Assembly: GCF_004010195.1 (NCBI RefSeq)
Contig: NC_057717.1
Coordinates: 106,059,548 to 106,123,547 of the forward strand
From: Chiloscyllium plagiosum
Lineage: Eukaryota
Length of the DNA: 64,000 bases
Direction: 5' to 3'
Shown here: in pieces, positions 39,301 through 48,636 of the stretch
Position numbering within the stretch: position 1 is the first letter of the stretch
Layout of the letters: the number at the start of each line of letters is the position of its first letter
The notes under the pieces: generated by a model
Seen by the model: only the letters and a program-made list of their open reading frames with translations
What the model was told of the DNA's origin: nothing
Database searches by the model: none
Program-made: the position numbers and the translations under genes

Positions 39301-42300
39301 GACTCCTTTTTTTCTCCCCTGCATCTCTAGTTCCATCCTTCTCATTTCAATTCCATCTTGCTTTCCTTATCTTTCTCAGCCATCTCTAGCATCTTAATTT
39401 CTTTTTCCATTTCAAGTGACATTAATACTTCGACATATTTAAACTGATTCCAATATGAACAGACTCTCATGTCTCACTATATGGAATATATCACTCCAAC
39501 ATCTCTATTAAGTCCAAATTCTGTGCTAGTCCTTCAATTATTTCTAATATCTTAGCCCTTGTGAATTGTGGTTGCTTTTAAATTCATCAGAGGCAGCTTT
39601 GCCACTTCTCTTTTAGCAGCTTCTAGTGCCACCTTTTTGTCTGTATAAATCTGGTGTTCAATCTTTTAACCATTATCACTTACTCTAACTCTACATCCAA
39701 TCTTACATTGTCTTTGTTACAAAATCCGGGATGTGCCTCCAAACAATGTCACATCTCCCTGAGATAGTGAGCTGGAAATCAAGCTCCAGTATTCCTGTCA
39801 CTGTTACAAATGTAACCATTTGATTAAACCACCAATTGGCCAATTTTACATAACTCTCTCATTCAGGTTAAAAGAAAACACACATCGTTTCTTTTCCCTC
39901 AATAACAGGAAAACAACTATGTATTATAATTAAACTATGTTTAATTGGGTGTACATGAACTTGACAATGACTCTGAATTCGTGAGTCTGAGAAGATTTGT
40001 AGCTCAGGTTGAGGTTCTGGATGTAAGTTTGCTCGCTGAGCTGGAAGGTTTGTTTTCAGACGTTTCATCACCATACTAGGTAACATCATCAGTGAGCCTC
40101 CGAATGAAGCACTGGTGGCATGGCCCACTTTTTATTTGTGTGTTTAGGTTTCCTTAGGTTGGTGATGTCATTTCCTGTGGTGATGTCATTTCCTGTTCTT
40201 TTTCTCAGGGGGTGGCCATGGGATCCAAATTGATGTGTTTGTTGATAGAGTTCCGGTTGGAATGCCAGGCTTCTAGGAATTCTCTGTATGGTTTGCCTGA
40301 GGATGGATGTGTTGTCATAGTCAAACTGGTGTCCTTCCTCATCTGTATGTAAAAATACTAGTGAGAGTGGGTTATGTCTTTTTGTGGCTAGTTGATGGTC
40401 ATGTATCCTGGTGGCTAGTTTTCTGCCTGTTTGTCCAATGTAGTGCTTGTTACAGTGCTTGCAAGATATTTTGTAAATGACATTAGTTTTGCTTGCTGTC
40501 TGTATGGGGTCTTTCAAGTTTATTAGCTGCTGTTTTAGTGTGTTGGTGGGTTTGTGGGCTACCATGATGCCAAGGGGTCTGAGTAGTCTGGCAGTCATTT
40601 CCGAGATGTCTTTGATGTAGGGGAGAGTCGCGTTTTGTCTGCGTGTTTAGGTTTGTTGCTGAGAAATCAATGGACTGTGTTCATTGGGTACCTGTTCCTT
40701 TTGAATATGCTGTACAGGTGATTTTCCTCTGCTCTTCGTAGTTCCTCTCTGCTGCAGTATGTGGTGGCTTGTTGAAATAATGTTCTAATGCAGCTTCATT
40801 TGTGGATTATGATTGTGAGGATGATTGCTTCTGTAGTTCAGTATTTGGTCCGTATGTGTTGTTTTCCTCTAGATGCTAGTTTGAAGATCCCCATTGGCTG
40901 TTTGCTGTACTTTAACATCTAGGAATGGCAGTTTGTTGTGATTTTCCTCCTCTTTTGTGAACTTTATGCCAGTAAGGGTATTATTGATGGTCTTGAAGGC
41001 TTCCTCTAATTTGTTTCGTTTAGTGCTGACGAAGGTGTCATCCTTGTAGCGGACCCAAAGTTTGGGCTGGATGGTTGGCAGAGCTGTTTGTTCGAGTCTC
41101 TGCATTACTGCCTCTGCTAAGAACTTGACTGTGAATGTGAAAACATATGTGTGTGTGTGTGTTTGTGTGTGTGAGCGAGTGAATGACTGACTGAGTGAGA
41201 GTGTGTGTTAATATGAGTGTTCGTATGTTTCTAGCACCAAGTAGATCACCAGCGAGTACTCCTCCTTAAGGCTCAGCCGTATGGATCAGCAACTTCAGAA
41301 TCTCTCATTCCTGCACTGAAATATATTTCTCCCCTACATCCAGCACCAGCTGGTAAAGCGGTTAATATACCCACAAACTCCATTGTGGCTGGCTATCGTT
41401 GCCCTCAGGATCGTGCTGATAAAGCCTATAGCAACCGAAGACATGTTTTTCTTATTCTCTCCTTTTCAGCTTTACAGCTTCCATTCTTCACAAACTCACT
41501 ACAACAAGATAGATTTGTATAGTGCCGTTGAGGTAGTGAAACATCCCAAGGTGCTTCCCAACAGTATTATAAAACAAAGCATGATACTGAGCCATATAAG
41601 GAGATTATGAGGTCAGATGATCAAAAGCTTGCTTAAAGAGGTATGTATTACAGGGTAAGCAAAATAAAAGGCATACAGATTTAGGGCAGGAATTTCGGCA
41701 GCAGAAATTCGACTTGCTTGCATCCATCTAAAATTATATACTGACCTTTGGTCAAGTGAGGTTCTTCCTTCAAGCAAACATTCTATTCCTGCCTTGCTTA
41801 CAAACATTCCAAGGAATGGGGGCGGCTATTTGTCAGAAAGCAGACGTTGGATAATCTGCCAAAACTTTCCTCTTCTCACCTAGCACTGTTGTTAAATAAG
41901 CATCACTCCTACATGTCCCATTGGCTGACTGAGTAAAGCTTAGAAAATGAACCTGAAGGTGTTAACTTCTTGCTGGAAGGAAGGAAGAGGGGACAGCTGC
42001 TCATTACTAAATCAGCCCAATCTTCATTCAATGGGGATGTGGTAGGTTGGGTTTAAAGTGAAACCTAATCCTGTTCTCATCTGACTACTATGCACCTTCC
42101 AACTGTCCATAATTAGCATCTGTCCATGAAGGCTGGTAGACATCTCTCTCTGTTATAGTGATACATAGCTTATAGCTTGAGGGGAATCATTCCACGTCAA
42201 CCATAGCTGAGCAGGAATTTCCCTTCAGGGATGACCTGGTATCAGATCTGAAATCATTCTTTTTCTTACAGTGAGAGCCAATCACCCCAAGTCAGGCAAG

Positions 42301-45300
42301 ATTAGATGAATCAACACTTGAAATAAACCAGTACTCTGGTGTTCTGTGTGGTTAATTACTTGCTAGCTAATCCACCAGGTCTTTCCTCATTTAGTAATTG
42401 TCCAGAAGGTGAAGAAACATCCAGCTCCCCTTCCTCTGTCATCCTTGTTGGCGGAGTAAGGGAAGGCTACAAAAGACTCAACCTCCTGTTGCCCATCGAA
42501 AACCTAGAGTCCGTCCTTGTCACAATGGCACTAGAGAGTGTGTTAATATAGCAGTTAAACTCCTGTCACTGTGATTGCTGTATTACTGACATAATAAAAA
42601 AACTGGGTGAATTGATTGTATAAGAAGGCAGATACAACATCTACAATGAGAAGGCTTCTCATGCCACCACATTAACACTGAGTGGATAGAACAGAATAGA
42701 AATTTATTGTCACATGAAGGGTTCCTGACTCAATATGTATATAGGCCAAGTAGAGGGGAGGCCATATTGGATTTGGTGCTTGGCAACAAACCATGGCAGG
42801 TATCAGATTTCTCGATGGGAGAGCATTTTGGTGATAGTGATCACAACTCCCTGACCTTTACAATACTTACGGAGAGGGATAGGAGCAGACAGTATGGGAA
42901 AGTATTTAATTGGGGGAGAAGCAATTACAATCCTATTAGGCAGGAACTGGGGCGGCTAAATTGGGAACAGATGTTCTCGGGGAAATGCACGACAGAAATG
43001 TGGAGGTTTTGGATGTAGGTCTGCTCGCTGAGCTGGAAGGTTCATTTCCAGACGTTTCATTACCCTACTAGGTAACATCTTCAGTGGGCCTCAGGTGAAG
43101 CAATGCTGAAAATTCCTGCTTTCTATTTATATGTTTGGGTTTCTTTGGGTTGGTGATGTCATTTCCTGTAGTGATGTTATTTCCTATGGTGAAGTCACTT
43201 CCTGTTCCTTTTCTCAGGGGTTGGTAGATAGGGTCTAACTCGATGTGTTTGTTGATAGAGTTCTGGTTAGAATGCCATGCTTCTAGGAATTCTCGTGCGT
43301 GTCTTTGTTTGGCTTGTCCTAGGATGGATGTGTTGTCCCAGATGAAGTGGTGTCTTTCCTCATCCATATGTGAGGATACTAGTGAGAGAGGGTCATATCT
43401 TTTTATGGCTAGTTGGTGTTTACGTAAGCTGGTGGCTAGTTCTCTGCCTGTTTGTCCAATGTAGTGCTTGTTACAGTTCTTGCAAGGTATTTTGTAAATG
43501 ACGTTAGTTTTGCTTGTTGTCAGTATAGGGTCTTTCAAGTTCATTAGCTGCTGTTTTAGTGTGTTGGTGGGTTTCCTGGGCATTGTGGAGGTTGTTTAGG
43601 GAGCACTTGCTGATGGTGCTGGACAGGTTTGTCCCACTGAGGCAAGGAAGGGATGGCAGGGTGAAAGAATCTTGGATGACATGAGATGTGGAACACCTAG
43701 TCAAGAGGAAAAAAGAAGCTGACTTAAGATTGAGGAGGCAGGGATCAGATAGGGCTTTAGAGGTTTACAAGGTAGCCAGGAAGGAACTGAAGAATGGATT
43801 TAAGAGAGCTGGAAGGGGGCATGAAAAAGCCTTAGTAGGTTGGATTAAGGAAAACTCCAAGGCCAATCAGGGATAGGCCAAGGGTAGGGCCAATCAGGGA
43901 TAGAGGAGGGAACTTGTGTCTGGAGTCAGTGGAGGTAAGAGAGGTCCTTAATGAATACTTTGCTTCAGTATCCACTAGTGCGAGGGACCTTGACGTCTAT
44001 GAGGACAGCATAAAACAGACTGATATGCACAAACAGGTTGATCTTCAGAAGGAGGATGTGCTGAAAACTTTGAAAAACGTAAGGATAGATACTTCCCCTG
44101 GGCCAGACAGGATATACCTAAGGTTACTACAGGAAGGGAGGGAAGTGATTGCTGCGCCTTTGGCGATGATCTTTGTGTCTTCACCCTCAGAAGACTGGAG
44201 GGTGGGAAATGCTATTCCCTTGTTCAAGAAAGGAAATAGGGATAATCCTGGGAATTAGAGGCCAGTCAGTCTTATATCAACGGTGTGCAAATTATTGGAG
44301 AGGATCTTGAGAGACAGGATTTATGATTATTTGGAAAACCATAGTTTGATTAGAAATAGTCAGCATGGCTTTGAGAGGGGCAGGTCATGTCTCACAAACC
44401 TTATTGAATTCTTTGAGGATGTGACAAAACACAATGATGAAGGTAGAAGAGTGAATGTGGTGTACATGGATTTTAGCAAGGCATTTGATAAGGTTCCCCA
44501 TGGTAGGCTCATTCATAAAGTCAGGAGGCAAGGGATACAGGGAAATCTGGCTGTCTGGACACAGAATTGGCTGGCCCATAGAAGACAGAGGGTAGTAGGT
44601 GATGGAAAGTATTCAGACTGGAGTTTGGTGACCAGTGGTGCTCCACAGGGATCAGTTCTAGGACCTTTCTCTTTTTGATTTTTATAAATAATTTGAATGA
44701 GGGAGTGGAAGGGTGGGTTAGTAAGTTTGCTGATGACGTGAAGGTTGGTGGAGTGGTGGGTAGTGTGGAGATCTGTTGTAAGTTGCAACAGGACATTGAC
44801 AGGATGCAGAACTGGGCTGATAGGTGGCAGATGGAGTTCAAACTGGAAAAATGTGAAGTGATTCACCTTGGATGGTCAAATGTGAATGCAGATTACAGGG
44901 TTAAAGGCAGGATTGTTGGCAGTGTAAAGGAACAGAGGTATCTTGGGGTCCATGTCCATAGATCCCTCAAAGTTGCCACTCAAGTTGATAGAGTTGTTAA
45001 GAAAGCATATGGTGTGTTGATTTTCACTCACAGGGGGATTGAGTTAACAGCAATGAGGTTATACTGCAGCTCTATACAGCCCTGGTTAGACCACACTTGG
45101 AATATTGTATTCAGTTCTCGTCGCCTCATTATAGGAAGGATGTGGAAGCTTTATAGAGGGTGCAGAGGAGATTTACCACGATGCTACCTGGACTGGAGGG
45201 CAAGTCTTCTGAAGAAAGGTTGAGGGAGCTAGGGCATTTCTCATTGGAGCGAAGAAAGATGAGAGGTGACTTGAAAGAGTTGTACAAGATGATGAGATAG

Positions 45301-47284
45301 ATAGAGTGAACAGCAGAAATGGCTGTCACTTGGGGGTGTAATTTTAAGGTGATTGGAGGAAGGTTTAGGGGAGATGTCAGAGGTCAGTTATTTATAAAGA
45401 GAGTGGTGGGAGTGCATGAAATGCACTGCCAGTAGTGATAGTAGAGTCAGATACATCTAAGTGACTCTTGGATAGGCACATGGAAGGTAGTACAATGAAA
45501 GGGTATGTAGGTTAGTTGATCTTAGATTAGGATAAAAGGTCGGCATAACATTGAGGGCCGATGGGTCAGTGCTGTGCTGCACTGTTCTATGTTCTATATG
45601 TACTTTTATTTGAAATATACAGTGAAACGTTTTATAAGTCACCACACCACGGCACTTATATTAATGACAGAAGTTATATATAATAAATTGGTAAATTCAC
45701 ACAAATCTCAAGGACAACAAACAATATGGAGATGGACAGGGTGCTTGAGTCCTGGATGGACAGGAGGAGGGAGTATTTGATCGCTTTGTTGTAATGTGTA
45801 ATTGTATTGTGCACCATGTCTTTTAGCTCTTAATGTAACTGTTTTGTTTGCTTAGTTTAGTGTTGTTACTCAACACTAGTTGTGAGCTGCAGTACTGTAC
45901 CAAAACTGGTAACTCTGTTTTTAGAAACAACGTTGAAAGAAACACTGAAACCATAACTCAACAGAAAGGAAGTATGATCAATATGAAGGAAGAAGGTGGG
46001 GAGATGGATCACTTCTGAAGCCAGCTTAAGCTAAGTCCTAGTGTTAAACCTGTATGATAATAATGACCCACAACAAGGGGGAAGTGGGGATCAATCTGAA
46101 AAAATATTTGTGGAATGGGGCATAAATAGACTAACCAAATCTAATGAGAAACAGTGAGGTTTGCCCTTTATGAAGTAGGAACCATTCAGGGATCACACTC
46201 TGGCCTGGGGGGAGGAGGCCAGACTAGAAGAGACTTGTCTTCAGATTGATCTAATCTGCTCATGATAGTTGATAGTTGCTAATGAGTGGAACAAATGCAC
46301 CATCTGAAATAGAACAGGCATTATTAAGGAACAAGATAATGGAAAATGAAGAAGGATCACTGAACCCAAAACTCAACTCTGCTTTCTCTCCATAGATGCT
46401 GCCAGACCTACTGTGTTTTTCCTTTCGATTTTTGTTTCTGATTTCCGCAGTTCTTCAATGGTTTTTTGGTTCAGTATAAGGGAAAACTTCTCTATGTTTC
46501 TGTTTCCTCTGTTCAGAATCTTTTATTTTCAACCTTTGGAGATTTAGCTGGCTTTTACTGGAGTAATATGACAAATCTCGAGATTATACACAGCAGATAG
46601 ACTGTGCACAAACAGCACCATCGATCTTGGATGGAATAGCTTCTTACAAACTACTCTGTTGAGTGAGTTTAACATCTGCTGTCTGTGCTACTTCAAAGCT
46701 TACTACTTCTGAGAATGACGGTTTTGTTGTTTGAAAAAAAAGCTGTCAGTTTTTTTAGTGTAATCTGTATTGTACATAGAAAATATGATAAATTAAGGGT
46801 GCACAACAAGATGGCAGCAAGAATGATCTGCATCTATCAGTTCACAAACCTTCACAGAAGGTACGAATCTCACACCAACTTCCTTTTCAAGCAACCATTT
46901 TGTCATATTCAATTTCTTGTACAGACTTAATCTCAGGTGTACAGACATTACCATCTCCCAATCCTTGCTCAGCAATTACATTTGTTGGCAAAGGCTAAAG
47001 CATGAGCTTAGAAATATAAAAAAAAACTTTAAAAAATTATTACTTAAATGTACGTCAACAATACAAAACTACCTGTTAACTCAAGCATCAGCTAAACTGT
47101 GGTTTCAGCTCCTTCCTTTCAAACTCTCTACTTGTCTTCAAACACCTAACTGTCACTTCAGCACCAGCTGAGTAGAACAAATTTAGAGAAGGAAAGCATT
47201 CATCAGGCAAATTTTAAAAAATATATCACAGTCCTGTAATCGCATTGGAATTGATTGAGTCTCTTACTTGATTCTGGATCCCAT
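201..47284 (-). CDS. DENND1: DENN domain-containing protein 1 (connecdenn; DENND1B/1C-like Rab35 GEF), spliced, first 15 coding exons; gene continues beyond the window start
   Basis: Fifteen GT-AG exons join in frame to [59 protein letters not shown]...[27 protein letters not shown]...[16 protein letters not shown]...-HLQLFKQ, the recognisable DENND1 uDENN/cDENN/dDENN sequence. Paralog assignment is uncertain. Confidence 0.95.
1400..1525 (-). CDS. DENND1: DENND1 coding exon 14 (126 nt, [42 protein letters not shown])
   Basis: gtttcag|GTG...TCT|gtgagt; [14 protein letters not shown] motif. Confidence 0.95.
2493..2624 (-). mobile_element. Short Penelope-derived hammerhead-bearing element (family A)
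   Basis: 15-bp TSD tgtttaattatccac (2478-2492 / 2625-2639); minus strand reads CTGATGAAGGGCTTATGCCCGAAACATC. Confidence 0.8.
2985..3400 (+). mobile_element. CR1-type LINE 3' fragment
   Basis: [13 protein letters not shown]...GHRFKVRG...WNELP C-terminal motif followed by a (ctatga)-like tail. Confidence 0.85.
4480..4711. mobile_element. Family A element, head-to-head palindrome
   Basis: 16-bp TSD cttgttgtatctgctg (4464-4479 / 4712-4727); two inverted arms with a small central hairpin (aggaatgagg...cctcattcct). Confidence 0.9.
4903..5000 (-). mobile_element. Short Penelope-derived element (family B), partial
   Basis: aaaaatcacacaacaccaggttatagtcc... is also present at 50994; minus strand GATGAAGGAGCGTCGCTCCGAAAGCTA is a truncated hammerhead-like core. 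Confidence 0.7.
5257..5358 (-). CDS. DENND1: DENND1 coding exon 13 (102 nt, [34 protein letters not shown])
   Basis: tttgcag|AAA...GTG|gtgagt. Confidence 0.95.
5440..5568 (-). mobile_element. Family A element, older diverged copy
   Basis: Similar to the other family A copies, with a degenerate core; about 80 nt upstream of the exon 13 acceptor. Confidence 0.75.
6284..6329 (-). CDS. DENND1: DENND1 coding exon 12 (46 nt, [C][15 protein letters not shown])
   Basis: cttccag|T...GAG|gtgagt; APMPY.IG motif. Confidence 0.95.
6473..6573 (-). CDS. DENND1: DENND1 coding exon 11 (101 nt, [33 protein letters not shown])
   Basis: tccacag|TTA...TG|gtaag; cDENN YPMYWQH.YIPVLP motif. Confidence 0.96.
7330..7440 (-). 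CDS. DENND1: DENND1 coding exon 10 (111 nt, [37 protein letters not shown])
   Basis: cttacag|AGG...ACG|gtgagt; lies within ORF 7141..7458. Confidence 0.96.
9175..9228 (-). CDS. DENND1: DENND1 coding exon 9 (54 nt, [18 protein letters not shown])
   Basis: ccttccag|CTT...AGT|gtaagt; SYFIAPD..LPTIPES motif. Confidence 0.95.
9960..10092. repeat. Degenerate ~15-bp tandem repeat (ctcccc(a/t)tcagga(g/t))
   Basis: About 8 imperfect copies seen directly. Confidence 0.6.
10400..10474 (-). CDS. DENND1: DENND1 coding exon 8 (75 nt, [25 protein letters not shown]), probable variable/cassette exon
   Basis: tttcacaag|GCC...TCG|gtgagt; open and phase 0-0, at the position of the extra insert exon I recall in DENND1B/1C (LKDQ motif). 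Confidence 0.7.
10590..10940 (+). mobile_element. Old DeuSINE-like (SacSINE1/AmnSINE-type) SINE
   Basis: Recalled similarity to the Deu domain (gcagtgctgagg...gtcagaggcactgtctt...ccatggca...gaagag) and tail (cattgctgtttgtgggag...aaattggctg). Confidence 0.5.
10958..11083 (+). mobile_element. Family A element with intact hammerhead core
   Basis: 13-bp TSD atcacaaaacatt (10945-10957 / 11084-11096); CTGAAGA-A-GGGC-TCAT-GCCC-GAAAC-GTC. Confidence 0.9.
11305..11572 (+). mobile_element. CR1 LINE 3' fragment
   Basis: TTFKRHLD motif and a (ctatga)n tail. Confidence 0.8.
11769..11849 (-). CDS. DENND1: DENND1 coding exon 7 (81 nt, [27 protein letters not shown])
   Basis: ttctgcag|GAC...CTT|gtaagt; phase 0-0, with size and sequence like the family. 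Confidence 0.9.
12189..12258 (-). CDS. DENND1: DENND1 coding exon 6 (70 nt, [23 protein letters not shown])
   Basis: ttttctag|T...GGACAG|gtaaat; [12 protein letters not shown] motif. Confidence 0.95.
12383..12570 (+). mobile_element. CR1 LINE 3' end fragment
   Basis: Same 3' UTR as the 2985-3400 copy. Confidence 0.8.
12850..14658. repeat. ~31-32-bp C/T-rich minisatellite (cagggacaagtctctcacacccctctctccc and variants), about 1.8 kb
   Basis: Tandem units seen directly; variant heads ggacaagt, ggatgagt, gggtgagt and ggatgtgt. Confidence 0.95.
15473..15592 (-). CDS. DENND1: DENND1 coding exon 5 (120 nt, [39 protein letters not shown][S])
   Basis: ttggcag|G...CTCAG|gtagg; FTFVLTD and RFGFCR DENN motifs. 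Confidence 0.95.
15633..15847. mobile_element. Family A-related element, near-perfect palindrome centred at 15716
   Basis: 16-bp TSD agctcatacagtcagt (15617-15632 / 15848-15863); ...cttcatcaggaat-a-attcctgatgaag...; intact hammerhead core on each strand. Confidence 0.9.
16581..16782. mobile_element. Family A element, head-to-head palindrome
   Basis: 15-bp TSD gtttagcaattacag (16566-16580 / 16783-16797); the inverted arms share the same private variants. Confidence 0.9.
17041..18577 (-). mobile_element. Young 5'-truncated CR1 LINE (RT domain), internally deleted, inserted in an older repeat
   Basis: ORF 17127..18272 has [30 protein letters not shown] and KFADD; (agaacat)n tail at the left end; a jump at [14 protein letters not shown] skips the usual C-terminal segment. 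Confidence 0.93.
19109..19430 (+). mobile_element. HE1-type tRNA-derived V-SINE, full length
   Basis: A box TGGCACAGTGG, B box GGTTCAATTCC, V-domain (gtgtggagtttgcacgttctccccgtgtctgcgtgggtttcc), CR1-like tail and (taatc)n. Confidence 0.9.
19721..19770 (-). CDS. DENND1: DENND1 coding exon 4 (50 nt, [16 protein letters not shown][R])
   Basis: ctcacag|GAATCT...GAAAG|gtaag; uDENN FCFP motif. Confidence 0.95.
19985..20850 (+). mobile_element. CR1 LINE 3' portion
   Basis: [35 protein letters not shown]. Confidence 0.9.
21220..22500 (-). mobile_element. Decayed CR1 LINE 3' portion
   Basis: RPHLEYC and [11 protein letters not shown] motifs; frameshifted RT remnants. Confidence 0.85.
22705..22748 (-). 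CDS. DENND1: DENND1 coding exon 3 (44 nt, [15 protein letters not shown])
   Basis: ctttcag|ACCCT...GACCAG|gtaag; conserved RQFPED motif. Confidence 0.95.
23720..25265 (+). mobile_element. Rex1/Babar-type LINE (RT plus C-terminal domain), 5'-truncated
   Basis: [59 protein letters not shown]; (attca)n tail at ~25244-25265. Confidence 0.85.
25550..26345 (+). mobile_element. CR1 LINE 3' fragment interrupted by a family A element
   Basis: EYCVQFWSP and [14 protein letters not shown] motifs. Confidence 0.85.
25687..25783 (-). mobile_element. Family A element nested in CR1
   Basis: 9-bp TSD gttatacag (25678-25686 / 25784-25792); intact core at 25750-25777 on the minus strand. Confidence 0.88.
28125..29075 (+). 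mobile_element. CR1 LINE 3' portion
   Basis: [29 protein letters not shown]. Confidence 0.88.
29891..29955 (-). CDS. DENND1: DENND1 coding exon 2 (65 nt, [21 protein letters not shown])
   Basis: ttttcag|AGAAAGC...GATGTTG|gtaagt; phases fit both neighbours. Confidence 0.9.
30300..30470 (+). mobile_element. Family B short element, diverged
   Basis: cacCTGATGAaagggctacactccGAAAggttgtg followed by aataagcctgttggactataccctggtg, as in the other family B copies. Confidence 0.65.
30488..31715. repeat. 31-bp minisatellite (gttacatcaattctcagtctggaaggttatg), about 39 copies
   Basis: Tandem units seen directly, with a run of identical units at ~31137-31380. Confidence 0.97.
32230..33398 (+). mobile_element. 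Decayed CR1 LINE (RT to 3' end); its tail resumes at ~36881-36975 after a nested insertion
   Basis: [13 protein letters not shown] and TLKRHLD motifs; the 3' UTR is split at ...ccaagtgcaggg / aaatgggattag... Confidence 0.85.
33399..36880 (+). mobile_element. Long CR1 LINE: ORF1 SGNH/GDSL esterase plus ORF2 APE endonuclease-RT (disrupted)
   Basis: VIGDSIVRG...DGLHLN (esterase); [21 protein letters not shown] and DHN (APE); QHGF, DFQKAFD and KFADDTK (RT); (ctattgt)n tail. Confidence 0.92.
37109..37270. mobile_element. Family A element with partial inverted arm
   Basis: 14-bp TSD with one mismatch, tccattt(g/t)taatag (37095-37108 / 37271-37284); degenerate CTGATGAAGGCC..GCCCAAAAC core. Confidence 0.8.
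38078..38440 (-). mobile_element. CR1 LINE 3' end fragment
   Basis: cataagac tail and the reverse complement of MRKNFF.Q.VV.LW-type sequence. Confidence 0.75.
38450..39720 (-). mobile_element. Highly decayed Gypsy-type gag fragment (coiled-coil plus SCAN-like region)
   Basis: Frameshifted minus-strand peptides [34 protein letters not shown] and EAAVMADDY resemble Gypsy gag; interrupted by a family B copy at ~39130-39283. Confidence 0.5.
39988..41127 (-). mobile_element. Penelope-like element (RT C-terminus plus GIY-YIG endonuclease plus 3' hammerhead)
   Basis: [10 protein letters not shown] and LPFLDV (RT); [27 protein letters not shown] (GIY-YIG). Confidence 0.9.
40056..40095 (-). ncRNA. 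Putative minimal type-I hammerhead ribozyme
   Basis: TCA-CTGATGA-T-GTTACC-TAGTAT-GGTGAT-GAAA-C-GTC-TGA: stem I TCA/TGA, 6-bp stem II with G-U pairs, GUC triplet. Confidence 0.65.
43009..43583 (-). mobile_element. Penelope-like 3' fragment (GIY-YIG plus hammerhead) nested in CR1
   Basis: 10-bp TSD tgtggaggtt (42999-43008 / 43584-43593); [21 protein letters not shown]...REFLEAWHS. Confidence 0.92.
43048..43087 (-). ncRNA. Putative minimal type-I hammerhead ribozyme
   Basis: CCA-CTGAAGA-T-GTTACC-TAGTAG-GGTAAT-GAAA-C-GTC-TGG. Confidence 0.68.
47268..47284 (-). CDS. DENND1: DENND1 coding exon 1 (17 nt, MGSRI[K])
   Basis: acaacATGGGATCCAGAATCAA|gtaagag. Strong Kozak context, and phase 2 fits exon 2. 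Confidence 0.9.
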
Positions 47285-47570
47285 GTTGTCTACATGATCA
47301 GTCTTCCCAGCTGCAAAGAATCCTGGGCTGGATATGGATAAATCATAGAGTTAGGAAGTGGTGGGGATTGTGGGGAAATGGGGGAGGGGAGGGGGGTGTA
47401 AGGGGTGATGGGGTGTCTAGTATTGGATCTAACAGTTTTCTGCCAGCATATAATGCTGCAATCCTTCCGTTACGCTATAGGAAGTACGATGTGTGACGTG
47501 CCACTCAGAGCACAGTCACTCTATAGTGAGACTGCAAGCTCAGTCCACAAGCTGAGATGTAGATTTCTGC

Positions 47571-47702
47571 GGGGAGAAAGTGAGGACTGCAGATGCTGGA
47601 GATCAGAGCTAAAAATGTGTTGCTGGAAAAGCGCAGCAGGTCAGGCAGCATCCAAGGAGCAGGAGAATCGACGTTTCGGGCATAAGCTCTTCTTCAGGAA
47701 TC
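47571..47702 (-). mobile_element. Family A element just upstream of the first coding exon
   Basis: 14-bp TSD atgtagatttctgc (47557-47570 / 47703-47716); one stem II mismatch. Confidence 0.9.
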
Positions 47703-48319
47703 ATGTAGATTTCTGCACCATAATCTCTCTCTACAACAGTCTTCAATATATTCCAATTTTAACAATCATAAAGATATGATAGTGTATGTGATATGGAAAT
47801 GTAAACATGTCCTGAAGAATTTCAAAGTAGGATCACTGCCCAACAGGGGAATGAAAGAAGACGTGAAATCCATCACAGAATTAAAGTTTCAAGTCAGTCG
47901 CACTTTCAGTGGTACAAGTTCAAAAACAAAAGCCAGTCATTTCCTCTTGATTCCTTTTAACCTGGTGCACAGAGGTTTAAAAATTCATCCTCCCTTTCAC
48001 TAAATTCACTGAAATCAAATAGTCATCTATTGAGGGGAATGACCAGCAATTCAGAAAGGATCAGATCTATTTCTATCAGGCACCACCTTAAGAGCAGCAT
48101 GCTGTGAAGTAGGAAACTGGACACCTTTCCACCAGTAATGCCACCGGATAAGTGAGTAGACGCAGGAATAAGAACAAAATATTTTGCTTTTGTAAAAGGA
48201 GGAATGGTGCTGTAACCTGAAGATTCGAAGGAACAAATTTGGAATCTTTCATTAATTTGATTGTGGGCATTTTTGTAAAGGTCGGAAAGGGGATTGTTTG
48301 ACCTTCTCTCCTCTAGTTC

Positions 48320-48636
48320 TCCTCGACAGGGTAAACTTGGGAAGAACGTTCCTCCAACTGGAGAGTCTAAAACCAGGGGTCACAGTTTAAAGATGTACGG
48401 TAAGCCATTTGAGACTGAGATAAGGAGAAATTTCTTCAGCCAGAGAATGGCGAGAATGCTCTGCCACAGAAAGTGGTTGACATTTAATGTTTTCAAGATG
48501 GAGTTAGATATAGTTTTTTGGGCCAAAGGAATAAAGGGTACCGGGCAAAAGTGGGACGAGGGGACTGAGTTGGATGAATAGAGGAGCAGGCTCGAAGGGC
48601 TGAATGGCCCACACCTGCCCCTACTTTCTATTTTTC
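48320..48636 (+). mobile_element. CR1 LINE 3' fragment
   Basis: TRGHSLK...RRNFFSQR motif. Confidence 0.8.

Larger units (their letters stand above)
42707..45600 (+). mobile_element. CR1 LINE (endonuclease end, RT, 3' UTR), decayed, with nested Penelope
   Basis: AILDLVL, SDHN, QHGF, DFSKAFD, SKFADD; (gttctat)n tail. Confidence 0.9.

Noticed and set aside
47475..47505. Promoter (GGAAGT and TGACGTG motifs)
   Set aside because: Short motifs only, no CpG island, and the first coding exon appears to have its own splice acceptor.
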